From contig PPNB01000006.1 in assembly GCA_003707115.1 (NCBI GenBank), positions 248,001-312,000 of the forward strand: a DNA stretch of 64,000 bases, read 5' to 3'. Position 1 is the stretch's first letter, and the number at the start of each line of letters is the position of its first letter. A model generated the notes under the pieces. The model searched no databases and had not been told where the DNA came from. It saw only the letters and a list, made by a program, of their open reading frames with translations. The position numbers and the translations under genes were made by a program. Positions 11,271 through 21,302 of this stretch are shown piece after piece. The DNA comes from Tortispora ganteri (taxonomy: Eukaryota).

Positions 11271-12986
11271 ATGAGCGTAGATATTGATGAAGCAGAGGTT
11301 AAATTGCTTCAAGAGAATTTAAATAAATTGAGATCAGAATGTGAAATTAGCAATATTCATCTCACAAAGATATCTACAGAAATAAACAAAATCGAATCAG
11401 CATTGAACCCCATTATGAACTTGACCTCAACTAAACGCACAGCTGTTGCGAACCTTGAATCCACTCTAGACGAACTTAATAAGTTAGGTAGAATTTCTAC
11501 AATTGTCGTTACAGAACGTAAAATTATTGACGATACTACAGGAACTATCCCTGTCAAACGCATTATCGATTCTATTGACAAACTATCAGCAGCACTTCAC
11601 GAAGCTGCTATATTTACCTCTATCGGTAACACCACCGTCCCAAACAACATATCCATTCTTATAGACAGAGGATCAAAACGCATCGGCACAGAACTCCAGC
11701 GAGCTGCAGACGCTAATGATCCTGAAACTGTCAAGCTCTGTCTCTCCTTTTTCGGAAAGTCAGGCATATCATACTATATGGAAGCCCGTACCAGACACGT
11801 CACTTACGAGGTAGAAAAGACTATTAATTCTACCAGTCAAAAGATTACAGATCTCTTAACGTGCTCTCAAATCCTCATTCGCAGATCTGAGACAGAGCGT
11901 GGAATCATCTCGGCACTCAACCTCGATATTGACCCTGACGAAATCGCCGCACGCATCATAGAGCCCGCATTTAATATTCTCTACAAAGCTATATCTGCAA
12001 ATCTGTCTAAAGCACGAACAAATATACGCATAAACGGGCTCTATGCTGTCCAGGCCCATGCCGCCATCACCTATCTATCCGACAGCTTCCACTCTGCCCT
12101 CAAGAACTCCGCCGGATTCACTCACGAACTCGTCCGCATTCAGGGTGATGCCGCAAAAATGGCATATGAAGCATTCCCTGCATCTATACTCTACTTTAAC
12201 GACAAACTAGCGGCTCATTCCAACTTCCCTTCAGACGCTGGCGTCGTGGAACCATGCAGCGAACTTATCTCCCGTCTCAGGGCTATCAGCTCTATTAAAG
12301 CTGCTGCAATTATTGTAGCTGAGGAATTGGGCGTCGATAACATCATTCCTAACCCACCACCTGCTTATATGTCCACATTCACCACAAGGAATCTGTTGAG
12401 AAACAAGAAAATTAGAACGGGCGCGGCCTGTCTTTCGACCCACTTAATGGATCTGATTGAATGCTTTGTCGTAAACCTGATTAACGCAGGCTCGCTGCAT
12501 TACAAAAAGTCACAAATGGCAGGTCTACTGGGTCTTTCAAATATCGCCGCCATAGAGAGAGCAGTAGACTCGCATCCTGACCTTTCAGAGCTTATTAGTG
12601 CTGAAGATACATCAAGGGAACGTCTGCAGAAGCTCAAGAGTTTTTCAGCAGGAAAATTCGTGCAGAAATGGAAAGAACTGGGTCAGTCTCTTATGGAAAC
12701 TCGACCAATGTCTGGTTCCAGCTCATTATCGAGCAAGGATCGTGAAATCATTAAGGAAAAGTTCAAATATTTCAACACGACTCTCGACGAGCTCGTCGCC
12801 GAACACAAAGCTTTAAGAATTACAGATTCAGCTTTACGAAAGCAAATTAATAATGAAATCGGATTCATTGCTCCGATATACTACAGATTTTATGACAAGT
12901 ATGCGGAAGGATCGTTCTCGAAGCATGCATATAAGTATGTCAAATACAACAAAAAGCAAATTGATGAGATATTGTTTACACTCTAA
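11271..12986 (+). CDS. EXO70: Exocyst subunit Exo70
   Basis: N-terminal coiled coil. C-terminal SLSSKDREIIKEKFKYFN and PIYYRFYDKY...FSKHAYKYVKY are typical of Exo70. Confidence 0.9.
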   Translation: MSVDIDEAEVKLLQENLNKLRSECEISNIHLTKISTEINKIESALNPIMNLTSTKRTAVANLESTLDELNKLGRISTIVVTERKIIDDTTGTIPVKRIIDSIDKLSAALHEAAIFTSIGNTTVPNNISILIDRGSKRIGTELQRAADANDPETVKLCLSFFGKSGISYYMEARTRHVTYEVEKTINSTSQKITDLLTCSQILIRRSETERGIISALNLDIDPDEIAARIIEPAFNILYKAISANLSKARTNIRINGLYAVQAHAAITYLSDSFHSALKNSAGFTHELVRIQGDAAKMAYEAFPASILYFNDKLAAHSNFPSDAGVVEPCSELISRLRAISSIKAAAIIVAEELGVDNIIPNPPPAYMSTFTTRNLLRNKKIRTGAACLSTHLMDLIECFVVNLINAGSLHYKKSQMAGLLGLSNIAAIERAVDSHPDLSELISAEDTSRERLQKLKSFSAGKFVQKWKELGQSLMETRPMSGSSSLSSKDREIIKEKFKYFNTTLDELVAEHKALRITDSALRKQINNEIGFIAPIYYRFYDKYAEGSFSKHAYKYVKYNKKQIDEILFTL

Positions 12987-13028
12987 GGCAGTGTTATATA
13001 TGGATGTTATTTTCTTAATTTTTTTTTT

Positions 13029-13718
13029 TCATTTTTCAGGGTCCTGATCTATGTTCTCAGAATCATTACACGAACAGCGGTTTATTGTTAGCAGTTGGTA
13101 TACAATAACGGCAAAGGCTACTACACCAAGCCAGAATATCTTGTCATGGAGTAGCTTGTCGGTTTGGTAAGACGATGCTCTGAATGAAAATTTACTGGAT
13201 GTATGCGGACATTCAATGAACTTTGCAAGGTTCTTGAAGTAAGGCACTGTGAACAGTGATTCATGCTGCGGGATAAGGAAGTATTCATTGCGAAATGAGA
13301 TAAATTTGGGATTGGGGTCATTTAATGGGTAAAGGATTACCGAGGAAGTGGCTAGTAAATCGCCATTTCGAAGAATGAGGGGTCGGATCACAGCTTCAGC
13401 ACGAACAGACAACAAGTTGTGAGTCGAATTGTGAGAATGAGCTTTGTCTCTCATCATGCAGTTCTTAAGCACGTCAGAGAGACTTAGATCCCGATTACCA
13501 TTGCGGTACGAGAATTCAATGAGATTATGGATTAACTCTGCAGGAGCCGTGAAGTCGTGTGCGAATATCGTTAGATCATCAGGGATGGTTTCTTCGCTAT
13601 TGGCTTCGCGTGGGTACACAGATACTTGCCACGACTTCAAACCGGGCGAAGTGTTCATGAACTGCTGAGTAGCCTGAACGGATACAAAAAGAAGCGGTAG
13701 GAGTATAGACAACCACAT
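13029..13718 (-). CDS. Hypothetical single-pass membrane protein (signal peptide plus C-terminal TM)
   Basis: ATG 13718 gives MWLSILLPLLFVSVQA, which looks like a signal peptide. A hydrophobic segment IFWLGVVAFAVIVYQLLTI lies near the C-terminus. No family recognised. Confidence 0.65.
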   Translation of the reverse strand: MWLSILLPLLFVSVQATQQFMNTSPGLKSWQVSVYPREANSEETIPDDLTIFAHDFTAPAELIHNLIEFSYRNGNRDLSLSDVLKNCMMRDKAHSHNSTHNLLSVRAEAVIRPLILRNGDLLATSSVILYPLNDPNPKFISFRNEYFLIPQHESLFTVPYFKNLAKFIECPHTSSKFSFRASSYQTDKLLHDKIFWLGVVAFAVIVYQLLTINRCSCNDSENIDQDPEK

Positions 13719-14090
13719 TGTTGAAAAAATAGAGAAAAAGAGGAGTTGTTGTTGCAATTTATGGTCGAAGAAATAAGCTTGTGTCAGGAGGTTAGAGTTT
13801 GCGTATATTAATATTAGTCGAGCAGATTTCTGCGACACAGGCAGGACTATTGCGAAGAGGACTAATACTTAAGAGGCAGACAATATTTCTAACGAGCGAT
13901 TCTAACAGTGATCTGATATATAGAAAATATACGCTATAGATCAGAATTACCACATGAAAACAGGGCCGCCACTTGCGTCTCATTAACGCAGCTGGAAACA
14001 CAGGTCAGGTGAGTTGGATATATTGCGTAAGAACCTTATATTTCCCTCTTTCGAAACCAACTCGTTTCCCATCGTAAGGGCCACAGGACC

Positions 14091-14411
14091 ATGCCACGAG
14101 CAGTTAAAGGTAAGTAAATGCGCAGAAATCAGGTATATTCTCAAGACTAACGCACATGTATGCAGGGACCCTCATAGAATGGTAAGTTGCAGCAACATAC
14201 TGGCAGGCGAACGGGCTAATACTGACGATCTAGCGACCCCTCAATCCGTGCATTGATCCTGAACATTGACGAGCAGGTACAGAACTTGGTCATTGAAGAA
14301 TTGGATGAAACTCATCTTCTAGTAGATGAAAGTCGGGTCCCCTTTATTAAGTCTGAGCTCGAGAGATTGCTCTCTGAAAATACATTTGACCAGGGCCAGG
14401 ACGAGGAATAG
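14091..14411 (+). CDS. TFB5: TFIIH subunit Tfb5/p8, three exons
   Basis: Exons 14091-14109, 14166-14181 and 14234-14411 splice to MPRAVKGTLIECDPSIRALILNIDEQVQNLVIEELDETHLLVDESRVPFIKSELERLLSENTFDQGQDEE*, a classic Tfb5. Confidence 0.96.
14110..14165 (+). other. Spliceosomal intron 1 of TFB5 (56 nt)
   Basis: GTAAGT donor, GACTAAC branch point, GCAG acceptor. Removal restores the reading frame. Confidence 0.93.
14182..14233 (+). other. Spliceosomal intron 2 of TFB5 (52 nt)
   Basis: GTAAGT donor, TACTGAC (or GCTAAT) branch point, CTAG acceptor. Removal restores the conserved ECDP. Confidence 0.93.
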
Positions 14412-14542
14412 ACCGGCTGGACTTGATTTTTCGGTTGCTAGGGGAGAAAGCGAAATGCCAGTCTAAAAATGATTATTGAATCCACCGCACCGACCCATAT
14501 AACCCATTCGATAACTACACTAATAGACGGAACAGACAGACT

Positions 14543-15022
14543 ATGCTGCCGTTATCGCTGTTAAATTTTTGCCACAATAATCTAATTAAAGTCGAATTGA
14601 AGTCAGGCGAACAGTTTCAGGGAACTCTCTCTGATTCTGACAAGCTGATGAACCTCACTTTGAAAGACGTCGTTCAGACCTCTTCAGACGGAAAGACATT
14701 CATGAAACTGCCTGAGATATTTATCAAGGGAATTAATGTCAAATCCATGCAAATGGACAATAAGATCGTAGATGAAGGCCGTGAACTAGAGCGACAGAGG
14801 CGGGAAGAGCGTATACAACGAGCTAGCAACCGCGATCGGGAAAGACGATTCGATAGTAATGAAAGAGGCAACCACAGAGGCGGACATAACCAAAGAGGAA
14901 ACCATCGCGGAGGCAGAGGAGGCTTTCGTGGACGTGGAGGACGTGGAGGACGCGGTGGAAGCTACAACGACGGTGGAGACACAAACAACCGCCATTACAA
15001 TCGAAATGAACAACGACAGTGA
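14543..15022 (+). CDS. LSM4: U6 snRNP/decapping Sm-like protein Lsm4
   Basis: MLPLSLL...VELKSGE...MNLTLKDV...DGKTFMKLPEIFIKG Sm fold, followed by an RGG-rich tail. Confidence 0.92.
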   Translation: MLPLSLLNFCHNNLIKVELKSGEQFQGTLSDSDKLMNLTLKDVVQTSSDGKTFMKLPEIFIKGINVKSMQMDNKIVDEGRELERQRREERIQRASNRDRERRFDSNERGNHRGGHNQRGNHRGGRGGFRGRGGRGGRGGSYNDGGDTNNRHYNRNEQRQ

Positions 15023-15153
15023 ATATATCTTTACACCTGTAAATTTTCTAATTTATGTAAATTTGGACACGCAGGTGAGATTTTAGTTTATGAAACTATC
15101 AAAAGCTATTGATATTTTCAGTAAGCCAGGCCATGAATCAATGAATCAAAGAG

Positions 15154-15795
15154 TCAGTCCTTTTTGGCAACTTTTCTGTTTCTGAATGCATTGAACTTTC
15201 TTTTTCTTTTCTTATCATCAAACTTGCCTTCAGCTATCTTTTTATCAACATACTCCTTTTTGGTCATGGCTGTGATTGTGCTGCCTTTGAAATCTGGTTT
15301 TTCTTCCAATGCGAGAAATTTATCTGCATCTGCTTGGTTCTTGAACTCAACAAAAACACTTCCTTTAAATTTTTTTTCATCATCTCTTCGTAGACGTGTC
15401 TGAAGCACTTCACCAAATCCTTCAAAGTACTTTTCGACTTCTTCTTGCAGGTTTTCGATCTCGTCTCCGAACCCAGCTACATACAATGTTCGAGTGAGCG
15501 CTTTCGATCGATCTTCCTGATCAGGTGCAACTAATGGCACTTTCCTCCTCACATTTTTGCCCTCTTCGTCAACCTCGAGCAATGTCTTGCTTTCTTTTAA
15601 AGCTGCCACGATCTCTTCCAGCGGTCCGAATTTCTTCATTCTGGAAAATGTAGCAATAGTCTCGATCGGCACCCAACCTTCATTGCTGAGCGTTTTAGAG
15701 TACAAGAACTTGTCTCTAGGTAAATTTTGATCAGAGAAATAAAATTCTACTTGCTTTAAAATAGCACCATGATTTTTACCACCTTCTTCGCTCAT
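15154..15795 (-). CDS. LHP1: La protein (La motif plus RRM)
   Basis: QVEFYFSDQNLPRDKFL, GWVPIETIATFSRMK, RRM with FKGSVFVEF, basic NLS. Confidence 0.96.
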   Translation of the reverse strand: MSEEGGKNHGAILKQVEFYFSDQNLPRDKFLYSKTLSNEGWVPIETIATFSRMKKFGPLEEIVAALKESKTLLEVDEEGKNVRRKVPLVAPDQEDRSKALTRTLYVAGFGDEIENLQEEVEKYFEGFGEVLQTRLRRDDEKKFKGSVFVEFKNQADADKFLALEEKPDFKGSTITAMTKKEYVDKKIAEGKFDDKKRKRKFNAFRNRKVAKKD

Positions 15796-15908
15796 TCTCG
15801 ATTTATTGTATATCGAAAACCTAATGAAGGAAATTTTCTTCTGCCTTTTGGTGTATTATTTCACCGTTCGAAGTTTTGACCAATCACAGACATCAATTCT
15901 CCCATTTC

Positions 15909-17510
15909 TCAAACTAGTACCACACAGCTGTATCCAAAATCTTCGAGCGAAATCGACATTCTATCCATTAATTGGCCTGCTGCATTTAATCGGCCCGCAG
16001 TAAAGATCTTCTCATTGAATATTTCGGAATTGTACTCACTAAATGGATGTACAATCTCTTCCATGATCTGTGCACCGAATCCCTCAGGATCATCGATCGC
16101 ATCAAACGATTCAAGCACGTCTTTCAGATCATACGACCGTCCCACAGCTACATTATCGCTGTACGCCTCGTACACAATAGCTAATAGCAGAATCTGATCT
16201 TCCCATCCTGCTTCAATGATACTGTTGATTGTGTCGAAGTTCGGCATCTCATTCACGGCAAACTCAACCACACCGTTCTTGTTGTTCATTAGACTTATCA
16301 GCGAGTATCCGCAGCTCATCACGTGTTTTCCGAACATAGCACACAGTTCACGAACATCTTCGCAATCAGACGGAGGTTCCCAGTCTATTGTATCCTTCAG
16401 AACATTCACTAGCGCGTCCTTTATGATACTACGCTGTTCTTCGCAGTACAACCACGCGTTTTGAAACCTCGAAGACTGGTTGTATGAGCTAATATCTTCG
16501 TCTTTAGCCACATGTATCCTTAGGTACCTCAGAGCGAGAATTCTCGCCATTTTGGTACCTACAGCAATGCGTCTTCTGTCACTACTGACATCAAACCCGG
16601 ACATCTCGAGATCAATAAGAGCATCGATAAGTTCCGTAGGTAGTCTGGGATTCTGTTTCTGAAGATAATACACTTTCGCCAGCGCAGGGTATTTTTCAAC
16701 TTGTTGCGAATCATAACCTCCTAACTTGAAAGTTGCATGGCTGTATGCATTAGCTGGAATTACAAACCCATATCCCATAAGGAACTCTTCGTTGCTTTTA
16801 GCACCGTAGTTGTTGAATATCTCAGTGTTTTCAGGTATATCGGATTCAGGGACTAAACATATGCTTCCAGGCAGACATTTCCACGTAATTCGGATCTTTT
16901 CGGCATGATTAAATATATCCAATAACGGTAATAATACAGGGTAAGATTCTGAGTGATCTCTTTCTTCAAATACAAGCCTGGACGGAAACGCGCGTGAAGT
17001 AAAAATTGTACATACCCATTTAAACAGTTCAAACGTGTAGTCATCTTTATATTCTTCAGGTACAAGTGGCAAAATTCGCTCATATTCTTCCTTCCACATA
17101 TTTAAGTAATCAGGAACAGAATTATATATAGTAGTGCCATCTAGCCAATTTAATTCTGTCTCCGAATAGTACATAGGTGTATCGAATGATCTAGGCAGAG
17201 TATCAATATAAGCACCCCATTTTGAGCCCTTGTTTCTATCGTTAAGTATTGAATGCACTCCAAATCCTGCTCTTGCAATTAGATATTCACTCAAGTCGAC
17301 CGGGACGTCGATCAGGACATCCTTCATGCTTTCGCAAGTGACTGCGATCTCGCGCGGACAACTGATCATAGGCTGAACACCGCCTTTAATAGGACGTCGA
17401 TTATATATGCCACTACCTTTAGCATCTTGAACCACATAGAAATCGTCTTCAACTATAGCACCATATCGTCGACCCCATTCGATAAGCCTCTTGAGCCCTT
17501 CGTTATCCAT
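15909..17510 (-). CDS. SET-domain protein lysine methyltransferase (Rkm1/Efm1-like)
   Basis: WGAYIDTLP, IFTSRAFP, LLPLLDIFNH, FNNYGAKSNEEFLMGYGF. Confidence 0.85.
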   Translation of the reverse strand: MDNEGLKRLIEWGRRYGAIVEDDFYVVQDAKGSGIYNRRPIKGGVQPMISCPREIAVTCESMKDVLIDVPVDLSEYLIARAGFGVHSILNDRNKGSKWGAYIDTLPRSFDTPMYYSETELNWLDGTTIYNSVPDYLNMWKEEYERILPLVPEEYKDDYTFELFKWVCTIFTSRAFPSRLVFEERDHSESYPVLLPLLDIFNHAEKIRITWKCLPGSICLVPESDIPENTEIFNNYGAKSNEEFLMGYGFVIPANAYSHATFKLGGYDSQQVEKYPALAKVYYLQKQNPRLPTELIDALIDLEMSGFDVSSDRRRIAVGTKMARILALRYLRIHVAKDEDISSYNQSSRFQNAWLYCEEQRSIIKDALVNVLKDTIDWEPPSDCEDVRELCAMFGKHVMSCGYSLISLMNNKNGVVEFAVNEMPNFDTINSIIEAGWEDQILLLAIVYEAYSDNVAVGRSYDLKDVLESFDAIDDPEGFGAQIMEEIVHPFSEYNSEIFNEKIFTAGRLNAAGQLMDRMSISLEDFGYSCVVLV

Positions 17511-17697
17511 CTATTTTATTACTATTCATAAATTTAAATAATACTTTGGTAAATAATAACTAGCAAGGTTGCCATAGAAACAGCATATAATGCAACATCT
17601 ATAGCCCGACACCCCGTTGGCCAACCCACTTCCTAGACACCGAAGCGCAGCCCCTCTAGAGCTTTTCGTTGCTTTGCTTTTTGTGGGGAAAAACGCG

Positions 17698-20271
17698 ATG
17701 ATTTATACAAAAGAGGATAAAGAGAGAGAGGCTTTTTTTCGTAAGTACTAATTGAACCAGTATTTTCCATGGAACGTCCGTGGTGCGACCTTATCGACAT
17801 TTATACTAACACCCATTCAAGGCTCTGCGGAAATGAGCTTAGTCCAGCTTTATATCTCTACCGAACTTGGTCGTGAAATCTCTGCTGCTCTTGGAGAAAT
17901 GGGTATTGTACAGTTCAGAGATTTGAACGCAGACGTGAACGCTTTTCAGAGAGCCTTCGTCGCCGATATCCGCAGAATAGATAACATTGAAAGACAAATC
18001 CGTTTTTTCCAGAAGCTCATGAATACCCACGGTATCGAAGTGCCTAGAATTACTTCTGACTATTATGCAATTCCTGCTGCTAGATCTACAAATGAGATTG
18101 ATGTATTGGCCCAAAAATGCAATCAGCTCGAAGACCGTCTCACTCATCTCAGTGAATCTCATGAGTCTCTGTACGAAAACTACCTCAATCTGATAGAATT
18201 CCGCCAAGTTTTAAATGCAACTGGTCCCTTTTTTGATAAGGCCCATGATAACACAAGTGAAATCAGAAGATCGCTCGATAACGACAACGTACCTTTGCTT
18301 GAAAGCGCCGATATCGCCGAATCTCAGCCTTCATCCAGCCTTGCTCGCATGAGCATCGGTTTCATAGTAGGCACTATCTCTCGTGAAAAGATAAATGTAC
18401 TTGAGCGCATTCTATGGAGAACTCTCAGAGGTAACTTGTACATGGATTCAATTCCTATTGAAGATCCTCTTATTAGCATCAAAACTGGCGAACCTATTTA
18501 CAAAGATGTCTTCGTCATATTTGCCCATGGCTCTCAAATAACTGCCAAGATTAAAAAGATTGCAGAATCTCTTGATGCAAAGCTCTTTGAGGTGGATGAC
18601 GACGCTAATCTTAGAAGAGATCAGATTAATCAGACAAACATCGATATTCAGGATATGGATACTGTTATGGGCTCAACCAAGAGTACTCTTCTTGCTGAAC
18701 TCGCTGCAATTGCAGATGATATCCCGGCTTGGACAGTTATTTCTGTAAAGGAAAAGGCAATCTATTCTACACTGAACAAGTTCATTTACGATCCCTCTCG
18801 CAAGTGTCTCATCGCTGAAGGATGGTGCCCTTCTTTGGATATTCCTTCTGTTCAGCGAACTTTGCAGGACGTGACTGAAGCTTCTGGAGTTCAAATGCCT
18901 ACCATCCTTAACGAGCTCCATACCAACAAAGTGCCACCCACATTTCATCGGACAAACAAGTTCACCAGCTCTTTCCAAGGTATTATCGATTCCTATGGCA
19001 TATGTACCTACAGGGAAGTGAACCCAGGTCTAGCAACAGTAGTCACTTTTCCCTTCATGTTCGCTATAATGTTTGGTGACCTGGGCCACGGTTTTATCAT
19101 GACGCTTGCTGCGGTAATGATGATTTTGTTTGAGAAGAAATTAGACAAGGCGCAAAGAGACGAGCTGTTTGATATGGCATACAGCGGAAGATATATCATG
19201 CTCTTGATGGGCACCTTTGCAATGTATACTGGTTTCTTGTACAACGATATATTTTCTATCTCTATGAGCATTTTCAAGTCTGGATGGAAGTGGCCCTCGG
19301 AATGGTCTGTCGGTGAAACTATTGAGGCTACTCAGGTCGGTGTATATGCCTTTGGCCTTGACCCTGCTTGGCATGGAACTGAGAATAATTTGCTTTTTAC
19401 AAACTCATACAAGATGAAGCTCTCTATTGTAATGGGTTTCATTCATATGACCTATTCTTTGTTCTTATCGCTAGTCAATGCTATACATTTCAACTCTATG
19501 ATCGATATTGTTGGTAACTTCATTCCGGGATTATTGTTTATGCAAAGTATATTTGGATACCTTGTCATATGCATTATTTATAAATGGACCGTTGACTGGT
19601 ATGCTATTGGAGTTAGTCCACCTGGATTGCTGAACACCCTTATTAACATGTTTCTTTCCCCTGGTACTGTGGAAGAGCAGCTGTACCCTCACCAGTCAAA
19701 GATTCAGGTTATATTGGTTTTGATCGCTTTAGTGTGCGTGCCGTGGATGTTATTGATGAAACCATTGTATTTGAGAGCACAGCACAACAAGGCTAAACGG
19801 GAAGGATACGAAGGACTTACGACTGCAGACGAAGACAATCTGAACGAGGATGGTGAAGTGGTGCCAGTAGAGATGGACGAAGAACACGATTTTGAATTTG
19901 GAGAAGTGATGATTCATCAGGTTATTCACACTATTGAATTCTGCTTGAACTGTATATCACATACGGCATCTTATCTGCGTTTATGGGCACTGTCGCTTGC
20001 ACATGCGCAGCTGTCTACTGTTCTATGGTCCATGACCCTATCGACATCGTTTGGAATGACTGGCGCCATGGGCGTTCTAATGACTGTTGTCACGTTTACT
20101 ATGTGGTTTGTCTTAACAGTCGTTATTCTGGTTATTATGGAAGGTACGTCTGCTATGTTGCACTCACTTAGGTTGCACTGGGTAGAGGCCATGTCTAAGT
20201 TTTTCCAGGGAGATGGATATGCTTTTGAGCCGTTTTCATTCAAAGCCATACTAAGCGAGGACAATTCATAA
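17698..20271 (+). CDS. VPH1: V-ATPase V0 subunit a, two exons
   Basis: Exon 1 (17698-17740) plus exon 2 (17822-20271) gives [25 protein letters not shown] with the conserved FRSAEM. Also [46 protein letters not shown]. Confidence 0.96.
17741..17821 (+). other. Spliceosomal intron of VPH1 (81 nt, AAG acceptor)
   Basis: GTAAGT donor, TACTAAC at 17804-17810, first downstream AG is in TTCAAG. Retention introduces an in-frame TAA. Confidence 0.9.
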
Positions 20272-20405
20272 CCATCTATTACAATATTATTACATAAGGC
20301 TTAACAACCACCACCAAGATATACCAAATCAATGTTATTATCTTATACATACAGCTAGTAGATACATGCAAGGGCAAAAATCGAGAGAAAAGCAAGACGT
20401 AAACC

Positions 20406-20951
20406 TCAAGAGTTCAGACAAATTTGCAAGAATTCTTCTTCATTTATCATACCGTCTTGATCAAGATCAAACTCGTCAATCATAGCCTGTAGTTCCTCGT
20501 CATCTAGTTTTTCTCCAAGTTCTTCAGACACTTTCTTTAAATTTTGAAACGATATCTTGCCCTTGCCATCTTGATCGAACAATTTAAAGGCGCGCTTCAC
20601 ATCTTCAATAGGGTCCCGTGCTAGCAGTCTCTCTGTCATCAGCGTTGCAAAGCTGTCAAACCCGATCTTGCCATTACCCTGATCGTTCTCCTTCAGAAGT
20701 TTCAGCACTTCCGCCTTTTGGGCGTCAAACCCTAGTGCACGCATTGCTACTTTAAACTCATGGTAGTCCAGCAGTCCGTCCTGGTCCAGGTCGAATAACG
20801 CGAATGCTTCTCTGATTTCCTGCCTTTGTTCTTCAGAGATCTCTTTCTTGCCAGAAATTCCACCAAATCCAGCACTTCCACCTGTACTTTTACTAATGCT
20901 TCTAGGCGTGCTGCCAAAAGCCGAACGTCGTAACGAACTGTCCCCAAGCAT
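20406..20951 (-). CDS. CDC31: Centrin (EF-hand)
   Basis: [59 protein letters not shown]. Confidence 0.95.
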   Translation of the reverse strand: MLGDSSLRRSAFGSTPRSISKSTGGSAGFGGISGKKEISEEQRQEIREAFALFDLDQDGLLDYHEFKVAMRALGFDAQKAEVLKLLKENDQGNGKIGFDSFATLMTERLLARDPIEDVKRAFKLFDQDGKGKISFQNLKKVSEELGEKLDDEELQAMIDEFDLDQDGMINEEEFLQICLNS

Positions 20952-20989
20952 CGTAATATTATACTTATTGGTTCGATGCTCTGTTGTGC

Positions 20990-21000
20990 ACGCGTCGCGA
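20990..21000. promoter_or_regulatory. MCB-like element upstream of CDC31
   Basis: ACGCGT followed directly by CGCGA, about 40 bp upstream of the CDC31 ATG. Confidence 0.5.
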
Positions 21001-21302
21001 ATACAAGGCTTAATGGGTGTAAACTTGTTGTCATGCAGGCCGCCAATAAAACAGCATGGGTGTAGGTTTATATAAAAATACCTCTCTCTGATTGGCTAAT
21101 ATTTATACACACACACTTCCTCCTGCACTAACTTTCCCTCCTTCTACAAACTTTCCACCCACCCTCATTACTACCGGCCGCCGTCTCTCTCAGAGCACTT
21201 TTCGAAGACACCTCCCTATCTGAGAACTTTGCTGTACATCTCATTTTCTTCGATCGTCGCGCTTGTCTCTCAATTGCAAGACCAGCCTGCTATTCAGAGA
21301 AA

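Noticed and set aside
14009..14086. Possible 5'-UTR intron upstream of TFB5 (GTGAGT...CACAG)
   Set aside because: No recognisable branch point, unlike the three supported introns.
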